Source: a virus
Lineage: Duplodnaviria; Caudoviricetes
IMG/VR virus record: IMGVR_UViG_2510065010_000001
Location: 131,040 to 195,039 of that record
Reading direction: 5' to 3' (one strand)
Length of the DNA: 64,000 bases
Made by a program: the position numbers and the translations under genes. The notes beneath the pieces are model-generated. The model was not told the DNA's origin. It saw only the letters and a program-made list of their open reading frames with translations, and did no database searches. This document shows positions 35,281 through 45,929 of the stretch, one piece after another (the stretch's first letter is position 1; every line of letters begins with the position of its first letter).

Positions 35281-36102
35281 TTAGAAGAAGGGTTCCGGTG
35301 CATTTTCTTTACACCATTGTTGAAAATCTTTAGGGATAGGCGTCTTCTTTTTGTAACGCTCTCCCTGATAGTAACAAAGTAATTCTTCGACCTTTTCGCG
35401 TTGCGAACTAGACAAAGAACTCTTAAACGGAACATCTACAAACTTGCTCCACCACCAAGGTTCGTAATTATCTCTCAACCAGATAACAAACATTGAAACA
35501 CTTTTATCGTTTAGCTCTAACCTCTTATATAAGAAGGGAGCTATCGAAAGCAACCCGTTGCGTCTATGAATGGGTGATGGACCATACTTTAATAAACCCA
35601 TCATATGCTTTTTACAGGGACGTGCAAAGTTAATGTGCCAACCGTAATATGGGTAAATTTTTGACTGTTGTACCATATAGGTTGCAAAATGCTTAAAAGC
35701 GATCGCGTTGGCTAAAACTGTTTCTGCACATTTTTCAACACGCATTATTGGGTATTGTTTAGGGGCTGGATGTTCATCATCAGAAGAGTACACCACAACA
35801 TCGTCAAATATCTGCTGACGCAGGCACACCAGTGCGATCAGACTATCTATACGTTCCCTCAACGCCTCTTTCAAACCTAGTAGGTCTATCTGCTCTTTTT
35901 TTACGAAAATGCTGTGTTCTTTGAAAGAACTGCTAATACGTTCGATTTCTTCTGCAATTTCTGTATGCTGGTAAGCATATCTTTTTATCGCTTGAGCATT
36001 TAATATGCTGCTGCTTAATTCTCTCGTTAACACGACAGCTGAGAGTAAAACGTCTCCAGCTATGGACTTAGACCCCGAAGTTCCAATATAAATCTTAGAC
36101 AT
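35281..36102 (-). CDS. RNase HII-like protein with degenerate active site
   Basis: IYIGTSGSKSIAGDVLLSAVVL and YPYYGW....H...LLKYGPSPIHRR match the RNase HII N- and C-terminal blocks, but the DEAGRG motif is absent. Confidence 0.65.
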   Translation of the reverse strand: MSKIYIGTSGSKSIAGDVLLSAVVLTRELSSSILNAQAIKRYAYQHTEIAEEIERISSSFKEHSIFVKKEQIDLLGLKEALRERIDSLIALVCLRQQIFDDVVVYSSDDEHPAPKQYPIMRVEKCAETVLANAIAFKHFATYMVQQSKIYPYYGWHINFARPCKKHMMGLLKYGPSPIHRRNGLLSIAPFLYKRLELNDKSVSMFVIWLRDNYEPWWWSKFVDVPFKSSLSSSQREKVEELLCYYQGERYKKKTPIPKDFQQWCKENAPEPFF

Positions 36103-37300
36103 AGCGAAAGGCTTTTAATAAATACTTAGTCGGGTCAGGTTCTAAACTCTGTTGACAGTTCTTGAATAGTTCGAGTTCTTCCTGTCTGGGATTGTCCCCC
36201 AAACTTTTTATTAAAATTGGCTGATGCTCCCAACTGCCTCCTAAAGCGGTTAATGCAAACGGCAATAACTTGGTTGCATGACTTTGGACATACTCAGCAA
36301 AACTTGTCGGAGATATTCCTTGGCGTAACCAGTCATTTACGTCTTTAACCCCACTGACATTTGGTGGAGGACAGCACCAAATATGCAGGCGGGGGAGCAT
36401 CTTTTGTAGCTCTACCAAAGAATAAATCATGGGAGTCCACGATTTGTAGAGTCCCGCATTTTGAGAAGAGAGTAGTGGATACCTATCATTGTCTAGAACA
36501 ACGCATAAGTTCGAGACTTTACTAAAAAGGTTTAGAAAATGGCATAGGTCTATTTGTACGCCAAAACAGGACACCGCTGGTACATCCAACTCGATTAAGG
36601 AGAGTCCGTCAGATATGCCTTCAGCTAAAAATAGCCAGTCAATATTCTCTCTGCTGCGATAGTAGTGACCTTCAAACAAATAATTGTTTATGGAAGAAAC
36701 GCCTTTGACTGTAGGAGTAGATAACCACCTTAGTGATTCCTCTTGCACGACAGACCTTCCTTGTAGATGAACCAGGTTTCCCCGAAGGTCACGAATTCCA
36801 AATACTACTCTATTCTGGAAAAACTCTTTTCCAGTTGGATAGGCTAGTCCCTGCTCTACTAATGCGGAAAGCTTAAATCCACAAGATTGTAGGTAATTAC
36901 TTGAAGGTGCAAACCCAAATGGAATTTCTTCCAGTGCAGTGTAGTACCCTCGCCCATTTAGAAATTCCAGCACTTCGTCTGTAATTGCTTGTCGGTAACA
37001 GACAAAAACTTTCTCTAAAAAGTCAATCCGCTTTTTCCAACCTGTGTTGCTCCCACCTTCACTCTGAGACAAAAAACTTTGTGCATCACGAAGACTACAG
37101 TTTTTTATTTCTTTAATAAAATCCGTAACAGTTCCATGCTTAGCGCAGTCAGGGTGGTAACAGCGGTAGTAGCTCTGTGTTACTTTTAATTTTTTTTGTC
37201 TATTACAAAAAATGCAATCGTTATAACCTAGCTTCAAGGTCTTGCCTAGAGCTGCACTCGCATCTAAAAGGTCCATGTTTTTATTAATCACGAACACCAA
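36095..37300 (-). CDS. DnaG-type DNA primase
   Basis: Zn finger C..C...C....C; F.NRVVF; TOPRIM motifs LAEGISD, VVLDND, KDVND. Confidence 0.88.
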   Translation of the reverse strand: MVFVINKNMDLLDASAALGKTLKLGYNDCIFCNRQKKLKVTQSYYRCYHPDCAKHGTVTDFIKEIKNCSLRDAQSFLSQSEGGSNTGWKKRIDFLEKVFVCYRQAITDEVLEFLNGRGYYTALEEIPFGFAPSSNYLQSCGFKLSALVEQGLAYPTGKEFFQNRVVFGIRDLRGNLVHLQGRSVVQEESLRWLSTPTVKGVSSINNYLFEGHYYRSRENIDWLFLAEGISDGLSLIELDVPAVSCFGVQIDLCHFLNLFSKVSNLCVVLDNDRYPLLSSQNAGLYKSWTPMIYSLVELQKMLPRLHIWCCPPPNVSGVKDVNDWLRQGISPTSFAEYVQSHATKLLPFALTALGGSWEHQPILIKSLGDNPRQEELELFKNCQQSLEPDPTKYLLKAFRYV

Positions 37301-37739
37301 GTCTAGCCATTGCCTGCTTCGCTGGCTCTTTCTCAGTCCCTAAGACTAGTTCGATGTTTAACTTGTGAACGCTGTCAGGTACTTCTCTGTAGACTGAACA
37401 AAGTCCATGCTCTATTTGATGCAGTCTATTTAATAACTCTTGCCGTCTAACTATTTGACGTTGATTCTGTCTCGAAAGCAGAAACAATCGTTCTGCTTCG
37501 TTAATCCCTTCTTTTAAGCAATCATTTTTATTAACACAAGAAGACACTGAAACTTCAAGTCTCATATTTACCCAAGCCCACATTTCGTAGTAAATCTGTT
37601 CAGAAAAATGTGCAGCTGGAATAAAAATAGACCACCGATGCCATGTGTGGTTAAACATGATCAACCAAAATTCTCGAATTGCATCTCTAACTAGCTTCGC
37701 GCTTATTTTCATCACAGGCAAATATTTTGTCGATAGCAT
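37284..37739 (-). CDS. hypothetical protein (start uncertain)
   Basis: ORF between the helicase and the primase. Confidence 0.5.
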   Translation of the reverse strand: MLSTKYLPVMKISAKLVRDAIREFWLIMFNHTWHRWSIFIPAAHFSEQIYYEMWAWVNMRLEVSVSSCVNKNDCLKEGINEAERLFLLSRQNQRQIVRRQELLNRLHQIEHGLCSVYREVPDSVHKLNIELVLGTEKEPAKQAMARLGVRD

Positions 37740-39201
37740 TAATAGATGATAAAGACTTTACAGATCCAGGGTAAATTTTTTCCACTGTTTCAATTCTTGC
37801 CGTAGAAGCAAATCGAAGGTAAAACTTCTCCAAGTCTTCTAAGTCAATAATAATCGCTTTTTTCTTTTCTTCAAAACGTCGGCAAATTCTACCTATTTGT
37901 TGAATAATCTTGGAGGAAGCACTGCCCCCACCTGCAATAATTCCAACACCCAATTGAGGTACATCGACACCTTCTTTCAAAATGCTAGACGCTATTATTA
38001 AACGACTTTTCTTACCTAAGTCATCGAGAGCTTGCTTACGTTCTTTAGTTTTGGTATCTCCACTAATAAACTCAATTTCGTAACCTTTATCTTTTAACAA
38101 CCTTTGTATATGCTTGCCATGAGAAATGCGCTCAACCAGTACCACAGCAGGGTACGGATAATCACTTTTAAGAAACGCTTCAGCTACCTGCACAATGAGT
38201 TCGTTTCGTTTGTCATAGTAAAGTAAAGCCCTTTCTACAACCTCATTTCGATCAGGTTTGCCATCAGGAAGATGGTCATACGAATATTGAACTTTTCCGG
38301 TCCTGCTAATCTCACGAACTGCTCCAGCATAAACAAACTCTGGGTCTGGTACTTCGATAACCCAGTACTCTACTGGCATAATCAGCTTATTTTCTTGTAA
38401 GACTTTTTCTGAGATTTCTAGGATTATTGGACCTAGTACACCCTCCATCACCAGGTCGTCACCGTTTTCTCTCCACGGTGTAGCACTAAACCCTAATCTC
38501 ACGTCTGTGTTTCGACAGGCATTGCCTACTCGAACATAGTATTCAGACGCAGCTTTGTGGCACTCGTCAACTAGTAAGACTTGGATGTTACTAAACAAAT
38601 CTGCGTTACTAGATAGATTACTGAGAGAGTTAATAATTCCAACGGTTACTCTCTGCCAGTCTTGTAGGTCATCCCCAATTCGCCCGACTTTCTCACCTAT
38701 GACTCCTTCAATCTCTTTTGCAGTTTGATGTAATAGCTGTTTGCTAGGGACTGTTACTAAAATTTGAGCATTAGGGTATTGCATAATTAAAAATGCAATT
38801 GCCTTACTTTTTCCACTCCCCGTTGGGGACTTGATAATTCCTCTTTGCTGTTCAACACCAACTCTTACAATTTCACATTGGTGCTCATATGCCCAATCCG
38901 GTAGTGCCCACTCTGTAGGAGATACTGGTTCAATACGGTTTTTTAAGTTAACAGTAAACCCAGAGTTGATAAGTGCGCGACAAACCTTTGGTAGTAACCC
39001 AGTCGGGAATGTTTTATTTGTATGGTCGTACAGACAAACTTTATCGCTTCTTCTTAAAAACGCAGGTTTATTTCGGTTAGAGAATGATATTTTTTTGTCT
39101 GTATATGTTAGTCGTTTTGCACAGATTATCGGAACTTGTAGTTCCTGCGCAGTAAAGTTTGTTGTTATTTGAGCAACTGCTGCATCAAAGTGAATGTCCA
39201 C
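37687..39201 (-). CDS. SF2 helicase, UvsW/RadD-like
   Basis: PTGSGKS, DECH, SATP, EGVDVP, QQIGRICR. Confidence 0.9.
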   Translation of the reverse strand: MDIHFDAAVAQITTNFTAQELQVPIICAKRLTYTDKKISFSNRNKPAFLRRSDKVCLYDHTNKTFPTGLLPKVCRALINSGFTVNLKNRIEPVSPTEWALPDWAYEHQCEIVRVGVEQQRGIIKSPTGSGKSKAIAFLIMQYPNAQILVTVPSKQLLHQTAKEIEGVIGEKVGRIGDDLQDWQRVTVGIINSLSNLSSNADLFSNIQVLLVDECHKAASEYYVRVGNACRNTDVRLGFSATPWRENGDDLVMEGVLGPIILEISEKVLQENKLIMPVEYWVIEVPDPEFVYAGAVREISRTGKVQYSYDHLPDGKPDRNEVVERALLYYDKRNELIVQVAEAFLKSDYPYPAVVLVERISHGKHIQRLLKDKGYEIEFISGDTKTKERKQALDDLGKKSRLIIASSILKEGVDVPQLGVGIIAGGGSASSKIIQQIGRICRRFEEKKKAIIIDLEDLEKFYLRFASTARIETVEKIYPGSVKSLSSINAIDKIFACDENKREAS

Positions 39202-39223
39202 TTGGTATATTTCCGTTAATTAA

Positions 39224-39270
39224 GAAAAAATAATAAAGGCACCTAAGCATTTAGCCAAGGTGCCTTATTT
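39224..39270 (-). terminator. intrinsic terminator
   Basis: AAGGCACCT/AGGTGCCTT stem followed by a T-rich run on the minus strand, just after ORF 39276. Confidence 0.65.
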
Positions 39271-39275
39271 GGCAA

Positions 39276-40607
39276 TTACTTACCGTTCCGGCTGAAAACT
39301 ACAGGCATCTCAGAAACAGGAGTTGTAGTAGTATCTACAGCATCTTCATTGTCTTCGACTGCAGCAGACTTTAGTGCCATTGGGTTAGCTGCCTTCTGAG
39401 TAGATTGCTCTTCAGAAATAGCTAAAACAACTCGTTTTGCTATATGCTGCTGCAAAGCTCTTTGCTCTTCGTCTTCTGTAATATTAAAACTTTTAGCTGG
39501 AAGTTTACCATCTACAAGTTTTCCGCCGTAGGCTACGTACTCTTTTTTGTAAATCTCATAGCAACCTGCTACTAGCTTCTGCATTGCGACCGTGTTAATA
39601 AGTTCTGGGTTAGCAATTCTAAAACCAGGCAATGCTTTGACGGTTGCAGACAAATACTTTTTCGGATCAGTTGGTTTACCTGCCCACATTTCTACCAGCA
39701 CTGGAGCTAGTAGATGCCCAACATTTTCATGACCTAAATAGTCAGTCACCAGGTCATTTTGAGCTAGCTCTGCATAAAATTTAGACCAGCACTTTGTATC
39801 TGGCGGAGTTAAGTTAGTCAAAGCGTCATTAGGGAAACGAGCTGATCCAGCCCGAATGGATACGTGTAGAACAAAAGGACCTTTATAGACTTGGTTACCA
39901 TCGCTATCTTTAACAGCTTGTACTGGCACCCACTCGACTTTTCTTGTCTTAGTAGTAAGATCCGTTTTGCTGATAGCCAGGTGGCTTACTACTATCAGAA
40001 TTGAGCTTGAGCCATTACATTTATCTGTTTGTACCGTACCATCCTTAGAGATGTATTGCTGTTGGTGTAGTCCTGCTTTAATACATTCAGCACAACTAAA
40101 CTTACGACTTCCGTAAGGGTACATCCTTATAATATCGCGGGATGGCGTATTCTCTTTTTGGTAAGCAACCCCGTTGTACAGAGGTTGTGTCAGAGGACCA
40201 AGCTCGTTATAGTACACCGTATCTTTATCGGGTACGATCGCAACAGTGTGGCAGACTGTATTACTAGTATTTGAGTCATACAGACTCAACCCATGAAAGA
40301 TACCTACAGGTACCCCGCGAACAGCTAAAACCTCGTAAGGACACTCTTTAATATCGGTTGTAGGAACAAACCAGGTTAGCAGAGACTCACTGGATGGCTT
40401 ACACAGACGAAACTTCCATTCTGGGTTGAAAGTTCCACCTTTTGCCAGTTCTTCAGCCAAAGACGCAAGACTGCCAGCCTTTCGCTCTGTTATTTGCAAA
40501 TCCCCTTCGCTTAGATTATCCAGATTTGCAAAAAGGTCATTAAGGTCTGAAGTTACATTGTCTAATTCAGAAGTTACTTCGCTATTTTGGATTTCTTCGT
40601 TACTCAT
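39276..40607 (-). CDS. hypothetical replication-cluster protein (possible ssDNA-binding/annealing protein)
   Basis: Acidic termini, CAEC..C motif, own terminator; function inferred from context only. Confidence 0.4.
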   Translation of the reverse strand: MSNEEIQNSEVTSELDNVTSDLNDLFANLDNLSEGDLQITERKAGSLASLAEELAKGGTFNPEWKFRLCKPSSESLLTWFVPTTDIKECPYEVLAVRGVPVGIFHGLSLYDSNTSNTVCHTVAIVPDKDTVYYNELGPLTQPLYNGVAYQKENTPSRDIIRMYPYGSRKFSCAECIKAGLHQQQYISKDGTVQTDKCNGSSSILIVVSHLAISKTDLTTKTRKVEWVPVQAVKDSDGNQVYKGPFVLHVSIRAGSARFPNDALTNLTPPDTKCWSKFYAELAQNDLVTDYLGHENVGHLLAPVLVEMWAGKPTDPKKYLSATVKALPGFRIANPELINTVAMQKLVAGCYEIYKKEYVAYGGKLVDGKLPAKSFNITEDEEQRALQQHIAKRVVLAISEEQSTQKAANPMALKSAAVEDNEDAVDTTTTPVSEMPVVFSRNGK

Positions 40608-41557
40608 TGGATGTTTTGTGAATAAAAGGAAAAAGAGTTAGAGCGTAATTGCTCCAACATTTCAAAAGCTTTATTTGACGGGGAGAAATTATAAAAGGTT
40701 TTACCTTTTGCAGCACGAACTACAAATCCTTTATGCTTACTTGTTTGTAAACAAGTGGTAGCTATGAACACCCAGCGTACAAATAATCTAACTGCATAAA
40801 CTGGGTCTAAAGGCATTTCTAAAAATAGACTTAGGTATACCCAAAGCTCAGGGCATAACCCCATTTTAGTACCACCTCCTGCAAGAATTTTATAAAATCC
40901 AACACCTTCTCCTTCTGCTGCGATCAATCTATACATGTCATAGGAGCTAAGCTCCCACAATTTAAGGGATAAGGGTGTGCCCAGACAATGCAGTAAGTCA
41001 TTGACTTGAACACCTGGTTCATCGGCTAGGTCATAGTCCAGTGGATTTGAAGACTTTGCAAGGCTTAAAAGGACATTAGGGGATTCAATATCCTTCAAAA
41101 GTTGGTTTTTAACCCTTGGGGATAAGTGTGCTAACGCTGATTGAACTAATTCGTTTTGTTTCCATTCGTATTTATTCAAATCAACTTGGATAAAACAACC
41201 TCCTGAAAGAGACTTAAAAACTTTTTCTGCTTCCTTAGATAAAGAGCCATCTACTTCTGAAAGCAGTAAGAAAATTCTTGTCTGTTCGTCTGGAACGGAT
41301 TTTAGTGCACTGAGCTGTTGTAGCTCTTTAATAGAGCTTGGAACAATAACAAAGTCAGCGGGTTCGAACCTCGATGAAACTATTGTTTCTACTAGTTCGT
41401 TCAAGCTTGCTTTGTACAAAAACTTGAAGGAGACTTCTCGCAGTAGAAACCAGAAAATATCCACCCTACCTTTAACTAAGTAAACGTTTCCCCTATCAAA
41501 TATTTCATGCATAAGTAGGTTGAGGGGTGGAGATTCGCTCATATCCAGATTGCTCAA
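40604..41557 (-). CDS. hypothetical protein, possible clamp-loader delta-like subunit
   Basis: Adjacent to the DnaX-like gene; size about 310 aa; N-terminal VYLVKG. Confidence 0.35.
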   Translation of the reverse strand: MSNLDMSESPPLNLLMHEIFDRGNVYLVKGRVDIFWFLLREVSFKFLYKASLNELVETIVSSRFEPADFVIVPSSIKELQQLSALKSVPDEQTRIFLLLSEVDGSLSKEAEKVFKSLSGGCFIQVDLNKYEWKQNELVQSALAHLSPRVKNQLLKDIESPNVLLSLAKSSNPLDYDLADEPGVQVNDLLHCLGTPLSLKLWELSSYDMYRLIAAEGEGVGFYKILAGGGTKMGLCPELWVYLSLFLEMPLDPVYAVRLFVRWVFIATTCLQTSKHKGFVVRAAKGKTFYNFSPSNKAFEMLEQLRSNSFSFYSQNIQ

Positions 41558-42623
41558 GTGGACTTCTAGTTAATAATGTTTCATCCGTTATAAGATCCAA
41601 GCCTATTAATAACTTAAGCGTATCTAACACACGGACTTTTCGAGAAGTACAGACGTGGTGATACAGCAGAGAATGAGCACGTAGTTGGTCAGCAGTTGGT
41701 CTTTTGACCATTGCGAGGTCAAGATCGCGCATCATTTGAATAACAAGTTTTTGCTCGTCGAAGTGGTAGATGTTTTGCTGCCAAAATGTATGAAGTCCTT
41801 TATAGTCATACTCCTGGATCATTTTCCAGATTCTTAGTCTGGTTGCAGCAGAAACATAATAAAGAGTCTCTGCCACATTTTCTACACTCAAATGACTGTC
41901 TACTTCTAAACAATCGTCTAGGGCGCTCAGGGCACCACGGATAGATCCATCTGCATAATGGGCGATGATTTCAAGACTTTCATCAGGTGCATAAGGCTCT
42001 TGTTTCTTCAAGTACTGAAAAATTTCAGTTTCGGATAACTTTCGAAAACGAAAGTATCGTGCACGGTCACGTAACGGCTTAAACACACCTTCTTTTATGT
42101 TTTCCTCTGCCATTGTCAGAAAAATAAAAATTACCCGGCTACGCTCTGTGATCGTTGGTACTTCAGGGTAAAACAATAAGTCTTGCAGCCGATCCTTCGG
42201 AATAGACTGGAGTTCGTCAAAAACGATTACCTTGTAGTGTCTATGGTCTTCATCCATCCCATATGGAGGTTGGTTTGCTTCTTGCAAAGCTTTCTTAAAC
42301 TGATTGGCTAAGGTTTCATCTTGCCCACGTTGAACCCAAGTCACATTATTAAGACTTGTCGATGTTCGAGGGTCAGACTTACAGGTGCGGCACTCACCAC
42401 AAGGTTGGGACTCTCCAGCCTTACGGTTTTCGCAGAACAGAGCTTTGATAAATAACCTAGCCGCTGTGGTTTTGCCAGTTCCAGTAAACCCGCTGAGGAC
42501 TATGGCATAGGGCATTTTATCTTTGTCGTTTTCTAAAAACCCTCGAAGACGTTTGACCTCTTTTTCGTGATACCAAAACTCATCCCAGTTTTGTGGGTCT
42601 TTCTCGATCGTTAACTGTTTCAT
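41505..42623 (-). CDS. dnaX: clamp loader ATPase, DNA Pol III gamma/tau (DnaX)-like
   Basis: P..WDE, SGFTGTGKTTAAR, PCGECRTC, YKVIVFDELQ, ADGSIRGALSALD. Confidence 0.85.
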   Translation of the reverse strand: MKQLTIEKDPQNWDEFWYHEKEVKRLRGFLENDKDKMPYAIVLSGFTGTGKTTAARLFIKALFCENRKAGESQPCGECRTCKSDPRTSTSLNNVTWVQRGQDETLANQFKKALQEANQPPYGMDEDHRHYKVIVFDELQSIPKDRLQDLLFYPEVPTITERSRVIFIFLTMAEENIKEGVFKPLRDRARYFRFRKLSETEIFQYLKKQEPYAPDESLEIIAHYADGSIRGALSALDDCLEVDSHLSVENVAETLYYVSAATRLRIWKMIQEYDYKGLHTFWQQNIYHFDEQKLVIQMMRDLDLAMVKRPTADQLRAHSLLYHHVCTSRKVRVLDTLKLLIGLDLITDETLLTRSPLEQSGYERISTPQPTYA

Positions 42624-42692
42624 GTTAAAACGCTCAGTTTGGATTTTGATAGTTGCACAAATTTGTACAACTTAACTGCTCAAGTTTGCAGG

Positions 42693-44330
42693 TTAAATTG
42701 CCTCTAGAATTTTGTCGAGAATATCTAGCGCTTTAATTCTTCCTGGGTCGTACCCTTGGTCTGGGGAGTAATCAAGTAATAGCTGCATATGCTTTAGCTT
42801 TTCAGCAGCAAGTTCGTGCATGTGCTCGTCGATTGTTTTTGGAGCTACCAAATGCACGATTTCAACAAAGTCGTTAACAGCACCAGGACGAACACAGCGA
42901 CTTGTTGCTTGCGCAACTTTAATAATTTCCCAAGGCACATCGTAAAAAATAATTGCGCTGGCTTGTAGTAGGTCAAGACTTTCCCCAGCTAGACGGATTG
43001 AAAAGACTCCGGCACAAACTTTTTCTGAAAACAAAAACTTCGTGAGTGCTTCCTCACGCTTATCCGTGTTCATGTGCTTTGGAGTTGCTTCCGCATCTTC
43101 AGCATACAACCGAACTACGCTTTCCTCCCCGAATTTTTTTTGCAATTCGGAGTAAACTAACCGACCAGACCCTACGTTGTTATGAAAAACAACGGTTTTA
43201 AGCCCACGGGCTTTGAACTCCCCAACTAGCTCAACACAACGTTGAATTTTTGTAGAAACATGCCCATCTGGAAAATTTACACATTTAATAAGAGGATGAA
43301 TTATTTGTAAAGCTTTAGCCTCAGCTCTGTAGTCTCTGCAACTACGTATGTCGTTTAGATGCCTATGCACAAGATTTTTGTAATCTTGATTATGCACCAG
43401 GTCTAACTCCACAAGCTCTACACGTTTACGTGGTTCTGGTAACTTGATTACACTACGGACGAAAGAATCATTTAGAGTTACACGATGAACTTTGGTTTTC
43501 ATCTGTGTGTAGTAATCTGGCACCTTAAACACAGATAACTGTGGTAAGTACCTTTTCGGTAAGTCTACTAAATCCTCTTCTCCTGCCAAGTAGTTTGTTT
43601 TTGATTGCTTAATAGTTTGAAACTCTTGTAAAAAAGCAGACCGACTAGTTTTCCAGTCTCTTCTATAGCAAAACTTTAATAAACAGTGAAGATGCTCTAA
43701 GTCATCCGCCAATGTACCGGATAAGAGCAGAACACGCTCAGCTCTTTTGCGTAAAATCTGCATGTGCTGCATCCGAAGACTCTTTGCCTGTAAGTGGTGG
43801 GCTTCATCAACAATTAATAATTTTGGAAACAGTTTGTTTTTAACGATTAACCGACTCACATAGGGACGTGCTGTAGATAACTGTTTGGTCTTTCGTTTCA
43901 GAAAATCATGCGTGTAAACCCAGCATGGTTTTTTCGATGCTAGAAGTTGTTTGTCTGAGTTTATAACCTCTACACAGTCTTGCAAGTCTCTTAGTAACAG
44001 TAGATCAGGGAGCCATCTGGAGCGTCCGAATAACAAACTTGGGACAGCTATTTGTACTGTCCCTGGATTGGGTGATTTTTTTTGAAAGGTGGATAATAAT
44101 AATGAGATGATTAATCCTGTGATCAGCGTCTTACCTAATCCTTGACCTCCAACGCAGATGTTGTTTGGTCTGCTGGCATACATTGCCGCCAACTGAGGTT
44201 GGTACGGTCTCTGGTCTAAACCAGGATTGTCTAGTAAGAGGTCACTATAAATTTCTTGTATCTTCTTAAAATTTTCATGAAATAGGGGAGTGTCTGTAAC
44301 GAGAGGAGATCGTTCCACATAATTAAGCAT
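42693..44330 (-). CDS. SNF2-like SF2 helicase
   Basis: RPYQ, GLGKT, DEAH, LSGT, GESLDL, QATSRCVRPG, TIDE. Confidence 0.85.
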   Translation of the reverse strand: MLNYVERSPLVTDTPLFHENFKKIQEIYSDLLLDNPGLDQRPYQPQLAAMYASRPNNICVGGQGLGKTLITGLIISLLLSTFQKKSPNPGTVQIAVPSLLFGRSRWLPDLLLLRDLQDCVEVINSDKQLLASKKPCWVYTHDFLKRKTKQLSTARPYVSRLIVKNKLFPKLLIVDEAHHLQAKSLRMQHMQILRKRAERVLLLSGTLADDLEHLHCLLKFCYRRDWKTSRSAFLQEFQTIKQSKTNYLAGEEDLVDLPKRYLPQLSVFKVPDYYTQMKTKVHRVTLNDSFVRSVIKLPEPRKRVELVELDLVHNQDYKNLVHRHLNDIRSCRDYRAEAKALQIIHPLIKCVNFPDGHVSTKIQRCVELVGEFKARGLKTVVFHNNVGSGRLVYSELQKKFGEESVVRLYAEDAEATPKHMNTDKREEALTKFLFSEKVCAGVFSIRLAGESLDLLQASAIIFYDVPWEIIKVAQATSRCVRPGAVNDFVEIVHLVAPKTIDEHMHELAAEKLKHMQLLLDYSPDQGYDPGRIKALDILDKILEAI

Positions 44331-44706
44331 GAGGTGGCATGTGAAGATAATAATTGAACTAGACGGAAAACCCGATTCCTTAAAAACACTCTTGTTACAG
44401 GTATCACAGTATGTATGTGACCCGGTTGTAAAACAATTAGGTATATCTCTTGACGTAAAAAATGCTGCGGTTATAGGGCGCGTGACTATCGAGCCAGAAT
44501 CGCAACAGGATGCAGACTTGCAAGAAAAGGCAGTTCTATTTTTAAGGTCTGCTTATCTCTCTTACGAAACAGAGCACCCTGAAGTCTGGAAGCTCTGTGC
44601 GGCTGCTAACTTTGCAATGGAAACCGGGTTGGATATTAGATTCTGTAAACAGCTTATGGATGAACTTCTAGATAAAACCGTTTTTTACGCTAACTCAACG
44701 ACTTGA
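44329..44706 (+). CDS. hypothetical protein
   Basis: 125-aa ORF that exactly fills the gap between two minus-strand genes. Confidence 0.55.
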   Translation: MRWHVKIIIELDGKPDSLKTLLLQVSQYVCDPVVKQLGISLDVKNAAVIGRVTIEPESQQDADLQEKAVLFLRSAYLSYETEHPEVWKLCAAANFAMETGLDIRFCKQLMDELLDKTVFYANSTT

Positions 44707-45929
44707 CCAAAAGGTGGAATAAATTCATCGTCTGGTCGTAATAATCTATTACATGCCCACAAGACGGGAATTTTAGAGGATTTTGGAAAAGGTCCGTACA
44801 AGTCCGTTGCAATAATCATACAAGCGGGTTTAACCTTAATCTTCTTGTTATGGTCTTGTAAGAACTCTTCAAAAAGGCAAAGAAAATCGGTTCCACCTCC
44901 TCCATGAAATTTAACGTCCTTTAAGGCTTTGGCAAAAGTGTTGGAACCAGCCTTAAATTGCATAATGTCTTGAATTTCAGTGTCGAAAGTTACTAACGTT
45001 ATCGGGCATCTATAAATTCTTTGGATTTTAACAATGTTTGAGGCAAACATTGACAAAAGTCTATCTGACCAACAACTTCCAGAAACATCTACAGCGATGA
45101 TAAGGTGATCGTATTGTTGCTGTTTTTGTTGAGCAGGTAGATAAACATCAACAATGCCTGCTGTATACAACCTATTTGGGCGTCCCCAAAATGTTTTATA
45201 TTTCGGGGCTAATTTTTTCTGCAAGAAACCATTTAGATACTTCTGCCAGGGTGTGTGAACTTTGGGTAAGTCTCCACTTAGTAGTTTGAAGAATTCACCG
45301 AGCGCAGATCCATAGTTAGCCATTCGGCTAAGAATTTCTTGCATTTCTTCAACCTCTAGCTCCTCTGGTAGAGGAGGAACTTCCTTACCTTCAGTAAACT
45401 CAACACTTAATTCTTCCGCTTCATGAGTGGTTATCAAATCTTCTAAGGGATTTTTGAGGTTAGAAGTCCTGTGCTTTTTCAAAAGTTCAAACAAATCTTC
45501 TGTCCGTAACCCAGCTTTATCTAAGGGAAGTTCTTGTTTGACTTCACCTGGTAATGAATCATAAGTTAACATTCCAAGAATAGGTTGTAACCATTTTTGA
45601 GTTTTTATGGCTTCGTTGATAATGATGTCTGCGGCATAGTTCCACAGCTGTCTATCATTCACGCTGTTCACAAAATCTACAGACCGTTGTGCATGTCTTA
45701 GCGCTATGTGGTTTAGTTCATGCACGTATATAAAACACTGCTGTGGCAATGAGTACTCAAAAAATCTGTTGTGGAAATAAATGGTTCTCCCATCTGTGCA
45801 GGCAATATATTTAGGTTCGTCAACTATTTTGTTAGCTGCCCAAAGTGCCAGCTCGGTAATAGGGGAAAATTCGGAGATACAACATTGTCGTACCTCCTCT
45901 AAACACTCAATTTTCTTCGCTAACTCCAT
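44685..45929 (-). CDS. metallopeptidase-vWA protein (DUF2201-like)
   Basis: ACTDG, HELNHIALRH, WNYAAD..IN; MIDAS motif DVSGS, GGGGTDF, TD. Confidence 0.88.
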   Translation of the reverse strand: MELAKKIECLEEVRQCCISEFSPITELALWAANKIVDEPKYIACTDGRTIYFHNRFFEYSLPQQCFIYVHELNHIALRHAQRSVDFVNSVNDRQLWNYAADIIINEAIKTQKWLQPILGMLTYDSLPGEVKQELPLDKAGLRTEDLFELLKKHRTSNLKNPLEDLITTHEAEELSVEFTEGKEVPPLPEELEVEEMQEILSRMANYGSALGEFFKLLSGDLPKVHTPWQKYLNGFLQKKLAPKYKTFWGRPNRLYTAGIVDVYLPAQQKQQQYDHLIIAVDVSGSCWSDRLLSMFASNIVKIQRIYRCPITLVTFDTEIQDIMQFKAGSNTFAKALKDVKFHGGGGTDFLCLFEEFLQDHNKKIKVKPACMIIATDLYGPFPKSSKIPVLWACNRLLRPDDEFIPPFGQVVELA

